Below are positions 52,208-64,000 of a stretch of 64,000 nt of DNA, piece after piece (the stretch's first letter is position 1; each line of letters starts with the position of its first letter). Both the position numbers and the translations under genes were made by a program. The notes beneath the pieces were generated by a model, which worked only from the letters and a program-made list of their open reading frames with translations, was not told the origin of the DNA and did no database searches. This DNA is from Octopus sinensis (Eukaryota), in NCBI RefSeq assembly GCF_006345805.1, contig NC_043014.1, forward strand, positions 50,468,001 through 50,532,000, given 5' to 3'.

Positions 52208-52807
52208 GTATATATATATATATATATATGTCTGTATTTGTATACATATATAGATGCACGTTTCTAATTCACAATTCACTTTATCTATCCCTGTATACAT
52301 CTATCATATATACACGCAAGTATATGCTTAGGTATATGCAAGTACCTATATATTTTTATGCATATATGTATATCATAATAATGATGATAATTATATGTAC
52401 GTATATATACATATGTATATATATTTATATATATTATAAAAAATATATTATATATAAATTATATATATATATATATAATATATATATATTTAAATATACA
52501 CATATGTATATATACATATACTTATAAATATATATGTGTGCGTGTGTGTACACTGCAGTGTAGATTATCCCACGCTCTTTAAAATTTACCAGAGTGTGAA
52601 TATTCACACAAAACCTCAACAGTATTGTAGAGGGAATATATGTTTTAATAGAGTATAATTTTCGTTAATCGCCCATAACAGATCAGATACGGCCTGTGCC
52701 TTTTAATATACGGTGACATCCATTGTTCTTGTTATAACGATTGAAAAGTTCTGGTCGATTTACTGATATAATTATATTGTATTAATATATGTTCATACGA
52801 ACATACA

Positions 52808-52885
<78 letters not shown>

Positions 52886-52899
52886 TTACATATATGCTG

Positions 52900-53392
52900 A
52901 TAGACGGAGGTTTAAGTCAAGTTTTGTTTATAGCCCATTCAAGTAGTGAGTTCTTGTTGAATGAGTTGTATCCAGGTATCGGTGGCAAATCCGGTGTTCC
53001 TTGGAGACATCTGCCCAGATTCCGTTTAAAGGTAATGGGATCTTTTTCCTCTTTGACCTCTTTCGGGACAATGTTAAATAGGACAGGGCCTGTTGAGGAC
53101 AAGAAATTGTGCCGCAGTGTACGTATATGTTGTGATCCTGAATTGCGCAGGGGAGTGTGGCCCGTGGTCCCCGTCTTGGATGAACCTTGAAAGTAATGCT
53201 CATGTCGTTTGGGCAATGCTGCCGGTATATCATCCACATCGTACATATGATGTACCGCTCGCGGTGGCGCTGGAGAGAGTAGAGTTTCAAGACTTTAAGA
53301 CGGTGCCAGTAATCGAGATCAGCCATGCCCTCAATTCGATTAGTGAGTGCCCTCTGGGGTGATTCAATCCTCGAGATGTTTTGTTCTGTATG
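52900..53392 (-). mobile_element. CR1-like LINE 3' end
   Basis: SPHTEQNISRIESPQRALTNRIEGMADLDYWHRLKVLKLYSLQRHRERY...GPVLFNIVPKEVK...PDLPPIPGY. Confidence 0.88.
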
Positions 53393-53600
53393 GGGAGACG
53401 CAGGAAGGGAAAGGAGGGTCTTCAAGATCTTCGAACTGCACCAACCATCCGGTGCGAGTTCTGCCCACGACTCCTTCACCACCGACGTGGACTCCAAATT
53501 CCCTTTCGGCTCAAACAACAGCCGGGAAGACCGGATGGAAACTGACGAACCCAGGGCTCAGATGCGAGCTGGAGCTGACGATATCTATTTCTTTATTCAG
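53393..53600 (+). mobile_element. RTE-like LINE 3' end (C-terminal zinc finger remnant)
   Basis: Plus frame GRRRKGKE...APTIRCEFCPRLLHHRRGLQI has the RTE C-terminal basic stretch plus CxxC...GL pattern. Confidence 0.5.
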
Positions 53601-53789
53601 ATTTATTTCAACATTTCGTGGCAATAGAAAAGGAGCTGATTTCTAACCGCGAATCAGGACCCATCATATTAATTTCAAAATAACAGGCTACTTTTCTATG
53701 TATGTATATGTGTAGATTTATATGTTTTGTTTTATGTATGTCTTCTCATGCATATAGTTGCATATATAGACATCCTCTTATATACTTCA

Positions 53790-54535
53790 ATGATGAAATT
53801 CTGGAAATTCTTACAGATTTTTGCAAGTCTAGTGATCGCTTGGATATTTATCCTTCGAATCAGCTTTTGGCAATGTGTTTCCTGCCGCGATGTGAGTTCA
53901 TTTGGTATCTCAGATAGAAACCAGTTCAAACGTTCCCTGAAAACTTCCACATCAAACACCATGTAGATCTCTAAGGTTGCCTGGCAGGATGTTGAACAAT
54001 TGCGGGCCCTTAAAACAAAGACTGTTTCAGTACTCTGTCGTTATTTTAGATGGAGATGCTGGGAGCTTTGGTACGATGTAGTGCCATCCACTTGGAGGAT
54101 TGGTATCGCTGTCATTTCCAAAACTGGAAACTAGAACCTCGAAGGTCTTCCAAATATTTATCACCGCATATCTCTCTCGTTTACTCTCCAGGGAATAGAA
54201 ACTCAGCTCCTTTAGCCTTTCCCAGTGGCCAATCTTTTGCATCGAGTCAATCTTCTTTGTGTATTGTAGCTGGATTGTTTCTAGTTCCTCATTTTGTTTC
54301 ACACTCTCTGGGGACCATAGTTGGGAGCAGTCCAAGCGGCTGAGTACGAAAGTCCTCCATAGGAGTAGCTGGACCTATATTTTGTTGGTTTTGAATATCT
54401 TTAGAATCTATCCAGCCACTCACCTACACAGTGTTGCCATCTTGGTAATATGAACATGGAATGTTGCATCATTGCCAATGTGAACCCCCAGGTCACAGAC
54501 CGATTCTGGCTCTGGGATCGTATTACCTTTCCGTA
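53790..54535 (-). mobile_element. CR1-like LINE 3' ORF2 fragment (second family)
   Basis: DCSQLWSP...ELETIQLQYTKKIDSMQKIGHWERLKELSFYSLESKRERYAVINIWK...FRERLNWFLSEIPNE. Confidence 0.85.
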
Positions 54536-54622
54536 ATACATATATACATGAATATATATACATATGTATATATGATCTATAATATATATATATATATATG
54601 CATGTACATATGTATATATATG

Positions 54623-54696
<74 letters not shown>

Positions 54697-55457
54697 CATA
54701 AACAATACACAACTGTGACGCATACTCGTATATGAACACCCATACACCCACCGCACGCCTTCAGAGTCCTATATACCTGTATACATGAAGATAATGACAT
54801 AAAAAAAAGATTCTCATTTATAAAACAAAACGAATCGCATTATAGGAAACTATTTTTATGAGACTATAAAATTCGGAACTCGGAACTCGGAACTACAGAG
54901 AGACACATACAGAAATAACAGTGGTAAACAAAAGGAAAAAAAAATAAAACAACCAGCATCTGCAACACCAACGAAATGTAAAGTCCTGCTCCTCCTTTGT
55001 TAGTTATTTCCGTGTGGAATTAAAACTCTAATTTATTATCAATTACATTGTTATTTCCTCTATCAAGTAAATTACAGTGTTCAGAGAGCGTACATCTCTT
55101 AAAGCGCTGACGTTAAAGTTAACTAACGTTTAATTTAGTTAATTGCTCCAGTATCTTCTGATTGCAGTAATTTCCCTTCAAGTTTTAAAGAACAGATAAT
55201 TAAAAACAGTAACGTTTTCCTAACTGATCGTCATGGTAAGAGATAGAAATCGATTTCAAAGATAACCAAAGTTTCTTTGAAAGAATTTGATAACCTAATA
55301 TATCGAATGCCTCGTAGCTGATATCATAGCAAAACGTCGTTGGAAACATTGTAGAAGTATAGGAATTATTGGAGATGGTCGTAGTTCATTGGTTGCACGC
55401 TGCTGACCTATGGAGGTCGTGAACCAGTTTCCTGTTCCGGTTGCAACAATTACGTGA

Positions 55458-55685
55458 ACTCTTCTACTCTTTTACTCTTTTACTTGTTTCAGTCATTTGA
55501 CTTGCGGCCATGCTGGAGCACCGCTTTTAGTCGAACAAATCAACCTCAGGTCTTATTCTTTGTAAGCCTAGTACTTATTCTATCGTTCTCTTTCTTTGCC
55601 GAACCGCTAAGTTACGGGGACGTAAACACACCAGCATCGGTTGTCAAGCGATGTTGGGAGGACAAACACAGACACAAACACACAA

Positions 55686-55718
<33 letters not shown>

Positions 55719-55904
55719 ACACACACACACACACACATATATATATATGTATATACAATTGGCTTCTTTCAGTTTCCGTCTACCAAATCCACTCACAAGG
55801 CTTTGGTCAGCCCGAGGCTATAGTAGAAGACACTTGCCCAAGGTGCCACGCATTGGGATTGAACCCGGAACCATGTGGTTGGTAAGCAAGCTACTTACCA
55901 CACA
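55458..55904 (-). mobile_element. SINE family A, near full length
   Basis: Reverse complement of family A from the head (gtggtaagtagcttgcttaccaaccac) to the tail (gtaaaaga)n. Confidence 0.93.
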
Positions 55905-55909
55905 AGGAT

Positions 55910-56600
55910 TCTGCTGAGGTTCACTTTACCTTTCATCCGTTCAGGGTCGATGAAATAAGTACCTGCTGAACACTGAGGTCGATGACATCGACTTACTCCC
56001 ACCACAGATTCGCTGGCTTTGTGCTAAAATTTGAAATCAATATTTGGTACAAGAAGAGCGGTGAAATGTCATAATTATTAACAGCGACGGAAAAAAATGA
56101 TTAGCCTTATTTCCTCCGATTTTACGGTCTGAGTTCAAACACCAACGAAGTCGACATTGCCTTTCATTCGCTCCTGGTCGATTAAATAAGTACATGTTGG
56201 GCACTGGTCAGGCGGGGTGGGGGTTCTAACCGACTGACCTCCTCCTCAGAATTTACTGGCCTTGTACCAAGAATGCGAACACATATTTGGAGAGGAAACA
56301 AACCAATTGCGCCAACACCAGTATTTGGCCGGTACAAATTTTATCGACCTCGAAGGGAGGGAATGCAAAGTTGACCTCTGTGGAATTTGAACTGAGGACG
56401 TAATGAGTCGGAAGAAATGTGACTGAGTGTTTTGTCCAACGTGCTAACAATTTTTTTTCCACTGCAGGTACAAAGGGCGGAATTTTCGGGGAGGAGACAC
56501 TGGATTAGAACGACCCCAGTACGCAACTGGTACTTAATTTATCGACTCCGAAAAGATGAAAAGCAAAGGCGACCGCGGCAGAATTTGAACTAAGAATGCC
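55910..56600. mobile_element. Cluster of four diverged SINE B pieces (+,+,-,-)
   Basis: Core motifs at about 55915-56040 (+), 56075-56280 (+), 56290-56460 (-) and 56475-56600 (-). Confidence 0.75.
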
Positions 56601-58243
56601 TCCATCTTATGTAGCCTGTTGTTTCAGCGTGTAGACGACTCTTTTTAGCAAATCATTTTACCACCTAGTCGTTCTCGCTTTGCATACGCATTGGTATTGT
56701 TTGTTCCCAAGTCAGATAAGGCTCAACAAAACAGTGATCAAAGCTGTTCCATTGTCGACAAGTTTTCTCTATTTACTGTGTACCTGTATTTTTAAAAACG
56801 GCCGTGTGTAATTTGTGAGAAATTCGCCTATAATCTCTTACAGATCGTCTGTTCCAATAGAAGCAATTCTTGTAGCATCCTTGCTATTTATTTTTTCATT
56901 TTTTTTCCAATCTGGAATTATTTCATTTCAGAATTGTTTATTTTATCCATTTTTCTTTTTAAATTACAAAATATCCATTAATTTAAAAATAAATCTAATT
57001 CTTTAGAAATTTTGCAAACCCATTAAGGCTGTGTTTTACAACAATTTTCGATATTCCATCTGCTTCCCTAATTTCCCATTTCAACAAAAACACGATGGCA
57101 CACTCACCCGATATATCATAAGAAGCAGGTTTTCTTATATACAACACAATTTATTGTATATCACATTAACAGCTATTTTCTAATTTAATGATATTAACAT
57201 CCTCGGAATAAATAAAATGAAATAATAAAAATACATTTACAGAATGAATTAAAAGAATATATAAACGAATAAATAAAATAAAATACACGCAAATGATGAC
57301 AAAGAAAGTTTCAACATAAAAATAATTTCCTTTCTGGAATTTTCATATTTCCCCTTGGAGAGAAATTTCTCGAGGTTAAAAATCGCAGTATTATTAACGA
57401 AATCCAATTAACCAATATTCTGCGGTAATAATAAAAGAAACGAGAAAAAGAAAGGAAAAGAAATATTGAATCTTGATATAAATTTTGGTATCTATATCCA
57501 TTTCAGAAAATTAATGCATAAAACACTGAGGTTAATTTCTCAGGAGTGACATCTGCATGGAAAAAGATGGACAAGTTCCTTCCATTTAATATGTTTAATG
57601 AGGCGAGCACCAGTGATTTGTTTAGAAACGGTTATGCGGTGAGGAAAAGACTACATTTAATATATAACTTTTAATCATTGTATTGATTAATTATTACATT
57701 ATATATGGTAGACAACTCCGGATCAGTTCCGGTCGTATTATAACCTCCATAGCGAATCATAGCCTACACAATTCCTGACAAAATATTTCGTTTTAAAAAC
57801 GATATTATGTTTTGCTTGATGGCTTACTCCAAAAATAAACCTCCATATCAAAATGAAGGTTTCCGGTTAACACGATTTTTACAATACATTCTACTTTAGC
57901 GTTAGCGGCTTAAAATAATAGCATAAGTCATTGATTTTGAACCGGGGTCAATATGGCCCTTGAGTTTCTATATAAAATGTTGTTGTTTAAATATATCTGC
58001 ATAAATTGTTTATACTTCTGCAATACACAAAATATATCAACCATTTTTTTGAAACAATTCCTTTTAATAGACCAGTATAAAAGTATACGATTTTTCAAAC
58101 ATCGAATGGCTAGCAGTGTACGCCTGAGTAAAATCGGAAACAAAAGGGGTCAGTGATATAACGAAATGACTGGTCATATTTTACTTCGTGTGGATGCACC
58201 CCACCACATATCATGCATACATATCAGACATACACATACACAT

Positions 58244-58618
58244 ACTCTTTTACTTGTTTCAGCCATTTGTCTGTGGCCTTACTGGAGCACCGCCTTTAGT
58301 CGAGCAAGTCGAACCCAGGACTTATTCTTTGTAAGCCTAGTACTTATTCTATCGGTCTTTTTTGCCGAACCGCTAGGTGACGGGGACATGAACATACCAG
58401 CATCGGTTGTCAAGCGATTTTTTGGGGAAAAACACAGACACACAAACACATACACGACGGGCTTCATTCAGTTTCCGTCTGCCAAATCCACTGACAAGGC
58501 TTTGGTCGGCCTGAGGCTATAGTAGAAGACACTTGCCCAAGGTGCCACGGAGTGCGACTGAACCCGGAACCATGTGGTTGGTAAGAAAACTACTTAGCAC
58601 TCAGCCACTCCCGTGCCT
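58244..58618 (-). mobile_element. SINE family A, full length, without internal microsatellite expansion
   Basis: Complete head to tail; the centre is only cacaaacacatacacgacggg. Followed by (CATA)n at 58619-58724. Confidence 0.92.
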
Positions 58619-58760
58619 ACATGCATACATACATACATACATACATACATACATACATACATACATACATACATACATACATACATACATACATACATAC
58701 ATACATACATACATACATACATACCTGTGTATAAGTTTAAAATAATGGTCATAATATATT

Positions 58761-59213
58761 AATAGTTATCGCCATACTAATATGGCATTCTTATAAAAAT
58801 AAGAATAAAGCTGTCCGCTTATTAGCTCCAAGTTAGCTATTTGATACACAAACTGTATCCATATAACCTTTGAACAAGGGAGGTCAGTCGCTCCACACTA
58901 CTTGAACGGCAGCTACAGACGCGTTTCGGGGTATTGCCCCTTTTCAATGCAGCGTAGCCAGCCAGTAGGTGTCGCTTCCGACAATCTCTGTTCGATGGTT
59001 TTATTTACCTAGTTTCGGTGGAATACATCCACTTGTTTTCAATAATAGAAATATTAAAATTACTAAGTCTCTCTAAAAGAGAACAGCGGCAGCGTTCCCG
59101 GAAAATAATAGTTATCGTCATACTAATATGGCATTCTTATAAAAATAAGAATAAAGCTGTCAGCTTATTAGCTCCATGAGGCCATCGCCTTAAGTTAGCT
59201 ATTTGATACACAA
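58761..59213 (-). mobile_element. Non-autonomous Penelope-like element / retrozyme: ~92-107-bp direct repeats, period 346
   Basis: aatagttatcg.catactaatatggcattcttataaaaataagaataaagctgt at 58761 and 59107; hammerhead between the repeats. Confidence 0.7.
58912..58953 (-). ncRNA. Type I hammerhead ribozyme with U3-A8 compensated core
   Basis: GCUGCA-UUGAAAA-GGGG caaua CCCC-GAAA-CGC-GUC-UGUAGC. Stem I is 6 bp (one G-U), stem II 4 G-C bp, stem III the palindrome ACGCGU, and the triplet is GUC. Confidence 0.75.
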
Positions 59214-59522
59214 TATAGTTTCCCTTTATTGGAGTAAATTTGTCTTACAGCTGTCATTGTAGATCCGTTATTGATGGGTTTACGAAATTGGTCTAATGAT
59301 CAGTTGAGAAAAATTGGAGGCCCCCAAAAGATTCTGCGACGGACTGGCCTCCCATCCACTGAGGAATATATAAACCATGGAAAACGGAGAACCGACTTTT
59401 ACGAGTCATTTTATACAGGATGGCCATGTGTATATACATGTGTGTGTTTATGTATGAGAAAGTAAAAGAAAGATACAGAAAGATGCAGAAAGAGATAGAT
59501 AGGTAGATATATTGATAGATAG

Positions 59523-59636
<114 letters not shown>

Positions 59637-60139
59637 AGTTAACATTTAGGTTGCAGGATATGTGTTCTATAATGTCCTGAAAAATACATAAATTTTTTAA
59701 TGAAATTTTAGGTTTTTCGACAGCGAAGTCTGCAATTATATAAAATTTTACAAAAAAGATATAAATTTATCGCTAATATTGAAATGAGAAATGTGTTTAG
59801 TTTAATTATATTTTCAGGTTATAATTCTTTTATTTTTGAAAAGTGGAATCAATTTTATTATTTTGTACAAGCTCTAATGAACTTTGCTAAATTAAAATTA
59901 TGGACTGTTTGTAATATTGTCTGAAATTACTCTTGATGGAGAAAGTATGCTTCGAAAGTTAAGCGTCATATAACGGGCAAACGTTGATAGTCAGTAAATA
60001 AATGGTTTTGTCTGTCAGCCAGAAGCTGTAACTGTCATGTTTTGATGGAACAAATAACGTGAAGTACCTGCAAATATTTATTCTTATTACTGTTGCTGTT
60101 TTGTCCAAGTCCAAGCTGCCTCATGTTCCAGGGGTGCTA

Positions 60140-60408
60140 TGAGTAATGTCATTGACCATGACATTAGTCATAGTATAAAGAGATAGGGACAATAAGGTCC
60201 AGTTCCCCGTCTTCCGCGATGCATATACTCTTCAGTGGACGAGATACAAATCCGTCGCAGGATCACTCATTTTTACCACCTCAGCGCACTAGAATCACGT
60301 AAAATGAAGTGCTTTGCTCAAGAACATAACGCGTCGGTAGGTGCAGGAATCGAAACCGCAATCTTACGTTCATGAGTAAAACATCCTAACCACTGAACCA
60401 TACGCCTC
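60140..60408 (-). mobile_element. Older family-D-related SINE
   Basis: gtgctttgctcaagaacataacgcg...gaatcgaaaccgcaatcttacg...cctaaccactgaacca is the reverse complement of a tRNA head plus CORE-like block. Confidence 0.7.
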
Positions 60409-60426
60409 TATCATCATGTCGGCGCT

Positions 60427-60751
60427 TAAAGACTCCGCCGGTTACGACGACGAGGGTCCCAGCTGATACGATCAACGGAACAGCTTGCTCGTGAAATTAA
60501 CGTGCAAATGGCTGAGCATTCCACAGACACGTGTACCCTTAACGTAGTTCTCGAGGATAATCAGCGTGACACAGAGAGTGACAAGGCTGACCCTTTGAAA
60601 TACAAATACAACTCATTTTTGCCAGCTGAGTGGACTGGAGCAACGTGAAATAAAGTGTCTTGCTCAAGGACACAACGCGTCGCCGGGAATCGAACTCACA
60701 ACCTTACGATCATGAGCCGAATGCCCTAACTACTACGCCACGCGCCCTCAC
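60427..60751 (-). mobile_element. SINE family D, full length, with 12-bp TSD
   Basis: TSD catgtcggcgct at 60415-60426 and 60752-60763; head gggcgcgtggcgtagtagttagggcattcggctcatgatcgtaaggttgtgagttcgattccc. Confidence 0.93.
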
Positions 60752-61529
60752 CATGTCGGCGCTACACACGCTGCGTTAACCAAAAATTAAGCTTTGTTTA
60801 AAACAATAGCAATATTTGACTGCCATCTTTTTTTTTATTTTTTGCAAGACGAGTTAACACAACAACGTAAGTTATATCTCGTTGCTTCGTACTATCTCAC
60901 GTACGCCAGAAATACTTTTCCATTATTCGATTAGATAAAAATCTAAGCAAAAACGAACACAGAGAAATAACTCAATGTGGCCGATGGCATAAATTTGAAT
61001 AAGGTAAACAAATATAGCTGTGTCAAATAACATACAAACATAAATGTTTGATTTAATGAAAGCCTCTCTGCCTGTAAAGGATGAGTCATAATTGCCAAGT
61101 AGCAATTAAGATTAATTCCACTTGCAGAAGGGAGATAAGATTCAATACAGTTCTCACCAGTAAATGGTATATTATTCTACCAATTAGTTACTTTTTGTTA
61201 CATCTTTTCTTTATATACATTTTATTTCTAAACTCTATCTTAATGGTGAATCTATGTACGTTAGAATCGATTGATAATCATCAGCGCATGCGTAATACAA
61301 CGTCATGAATAATCGTACAATAATCGTACATGCGTACGAAAATCGTCATGAAGTATCGGAATATTAAAGATTGGTGTATACTATAAAAAAAAAAACAAGA
61401 TGGATGAATAACGATGAATAAGAAAACTAATTTTTTGTTTGTTTCTCACCAGTCATAATTCATACAGAATTTTTAGTCAAAGGTAAGAAACATCGGTTGA
61501 AGGTTTTGACTCTGAAAGCGAAAAATAGT

Positions 61530-61810
61530 CAATAGTGAGAGGTGAGGAAAGTAAATGGGGTATACTATTGCTCCAACTCTTTATTACTACTTCGGAACGT
61601 ATCTTCAAAAGATATATGCGAGATGGAAATGGAATAAGCGTAAAAACAAAAAAAAGAACAAAGACAAATAGTAATTTTTTTAAAGACCTTTAAGGTTTGC
61701 TGAAGATATAGTGTTTTCTCCAAATGATGCTCATACACTAGAACGAGCGTTATGCAAACTGAAGTGTGACGGAAATAGGGAGATGTTCTAGAAATAAATA
61801 TATAGGAAAC
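61530..61810 (+). mobile_element. Decayed RTE-like reverse transcriptase fragment
   Basis: G.TI.PTL...ERIFKR...GI.V...(L)RFAEDIVF...LERAL..L resembles QGDTISPxLF and LRFADDIVL after frameshifts. Confidence 0.55.
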
Positions 61811-62149
61811 ATGTAAAGAGATATGCAGCAACTGAAGTCATCCGCTTTGATACTATAGTAACCATTGTTAGATATATTCATCTTGGTGAACGTGATAAAC
61901 AGTATCATAAATGGGAGCGAACTGGCTGAGTCCTTTCGGTATTCATTCTAAATTTCTGTACTCTGGGTTCAATTCTAGCCAATGACAATTTTGTATTTTA
62001 TACTTGTTAAGGACAGTAAAAATAAATTGTCCAATCCAGACTAGTACATTGGTGACTTCTAAGCACATCGGTTCCGCCAGGAGAAAATGATTCAGGCATC
62101 TCAGTGGAACCAGGGCAGACGAAACATTTCAGATCTTTAGCTGCACCTC

Positions 62150-62335
62150 AAAGGGAAGGCATTTTCGTTAAACTCGTGTCCTAATAACTGGCCTTGTGTC
62201 CCTTTCTGTAGAAGAGCGTAGGCTCGAAATGTAAAAGACTTTTCTTTTCCTAAGCGTTATACTAATACATGTTTGTTTTGTACACCATCTGTCTTCGTCT
62301 TTTGTTTTTTTCGTAAACTCTCCCTATATATATAT
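62150..62335 (+). mobile_element. Family P1 repeat with hammerhead-like motif at 62201-62239
   Basis: cttt CTGTAGA-A gagc gtag gctc GAAA T GTA aaag. Confidence 0.62.
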
Positions 62336-62376
62336 ATGCCTGTGTGCATACGTATGTGTGTGTATGTGTGTATATA

Positions 62377-62444
<68 letters not shown>

Positions 62445-62680
62445 TATATATATAAGTATGTATGTATATATGAGCTCCGATGTTTCACTCGCGACAAAAA
62501 AATACAGTGTTTTCATTTTATTCTAATGCGCGGAAATATGAATATTTCTTAAGTCTTTGATTTCTTTCTGAAGGTAATAAATATATTCTCGTTTCATCTA
62601 TGTACTATCTGTCAAAACGTGACGTATACAATCCACCATACAATACGCCGCCCATATGTATATCAGTACATACACACACA

Positions 62681-62731
<51 letters not shown>

Positions 62732-62968
62732 TCATATATATTATATACATATATATATATATATGTGTATATATATACATATATATACATATATGTGTAT
62801 ACATACATATATATACATATATGTATACACACGCATATATATGTGTGTGTGTGTGTAATTGCTTATATGTATGAATAATCAATATATATAATATTTATGT
62901 ATATACAAATATATATATACGAATATATATATATATATTATATATATATATATAATATATATATATAC

Positions 62969-63001
<33 letters not shown>

Positions 63002-63247
63002 CTCGTATACACACACATATACACACGTGCGTACGTAGAGCCGGAGGACTTGGTATAAATTAGCATTCATATAAATGCTTATTAATCTATCTTTATAAAT
63101 ATTGACTTGTTTCACTCGGATAATAGAATATTTATTTTCTACTGAGGCAAACTTATGGTCAGTCAGCTCCTGCGTTAATATGATTTATGGCTTTCGTTAT
63201 GCATTATATATTCACGAGGAGGTTTATAAGCTATAATAATGTGTTAC

Positions 63248-63483
63248 ATCGTAATCAGATTGAAATAACTCCCTGTCGAATATTTCTGTTACAAATTTGA
63301 ATACTGGACGAGTGTTCGGCGAATAACCCGGCTCCCCCACCCCGCCTGGTTCCCTAGTTAAGCATGATGTTGTGGACATTTTGCGGGTATAGAAGTCAGA
63401 TTTGTCAAAGGGTGGATGACATTGCTTTAGTATCTTGTAATAATATCTTGCACGTTGGCTTCCAAACCGAGCAGCAGATATAA
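63248..63483 (-). other. Candidate coding exon (unverified)
   Basis: gcatttttactag|TT, with only one of three frames open: (V)[78 protein letters not shown]. The donor gtaaca is weak and no homology was recognised. Confidence 0.28.
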
Positions 63484-63536
63484 CTAGTAAAAATGCCCAT
63501 AAAAACATTTATCTATTTATCTATCTATCTATCTAC

Positions 63537-63626
<90 letters not shown>

Positions 63627-63651
63627 TATATACATACACACACACACACAC

Positions 63652-63683
<32 letters not shown>

Positions 63684-63685
63684 CG

Positions 63686-63719
<34 letters not shown>

Positions 63720-63720
63720 C

Positions 63721-63775
<55 letters not shown>

Positions 63776-63792
63776 ATGTATGTATATATATT

Positions 63793-63950
63793 GTTGAAAT
63801 TTACACACAAACCAAAGACGAAGACAGGTGTATAAATAACAAAGCGATTTATTAGTTTAACGCTTGGGGAGATGAGAAAGTCGTTTACGTTTCGAGTCTA
63901 CGCTCTTCAACAGAAAAGAACACGAGAAAATAAACACAGGGAGAAAAAAC
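63793..63950 (-). mobile_element. Family P1 repeat with hammerhead-like motif at 63880-63918
   Basis: Minus strand: tttt CTGTTGA-A gagc gtag actc GAAA C GTA aacg; preceded by (TA)n. Confidence 0.6.
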
Positions 63951-64000
63951 ACTTTTGGAGCTAGGAGCTAATCATGGCTGTTTGCAAGACTCTTTATGTG

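Noticed and set aside
52928-53518. 196-aa ORF as a host gene
   Set aside because: It is a CR1 ORF2 C-terminal fragment fused to the antisense of another retroelement piece.

Overview
AT-rich, microsatellite-saturated eukaryotic genomic DNA with one 100-N scaffold gap (18950-19049). The SINE families and the (TA)n/(TATG)n/(ATT)n load suggest an octopod cephalopod (Octopus sp.); this is inference from recalled repeat sequences, not a database search. No protein-coding gene can be called with confidence. Almost all ORFs in the supplied track are microsatellite or transposon artefacts, and a few unexplained exon-like blocks are listed at low confidence. The window is a transposon graveyard: four tRNA-derived SINE families (labelled A-D here), CR1, RTE, R4/Dong and Penelope retroelement fragments, a DIRS-like tyrosine recombinase remnant, a Helitron Rep/Pif1 remnant with an internal deletion, a decayed DD37D (maT) transposase, and mariner, Tc1 and pogo-like ends. 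The most notable signal is a set of type I hammerhead-ribozyme motifs in five apparently unrelated short repeat families. One has a fully canonical core (37305-37404), one has a U3-A8 compensated core (58912-58953), one sits in a 210-nt tandem unit (40461-40497), and there are recurrent non-canonical variants. The best two lie between direct repeats in a Penelope pLTR/retrozyme-like layout. Hammerheads in Penelope-like elements are established knowledge; what may be new is these particular families and core variants. All structures were folded by eye.
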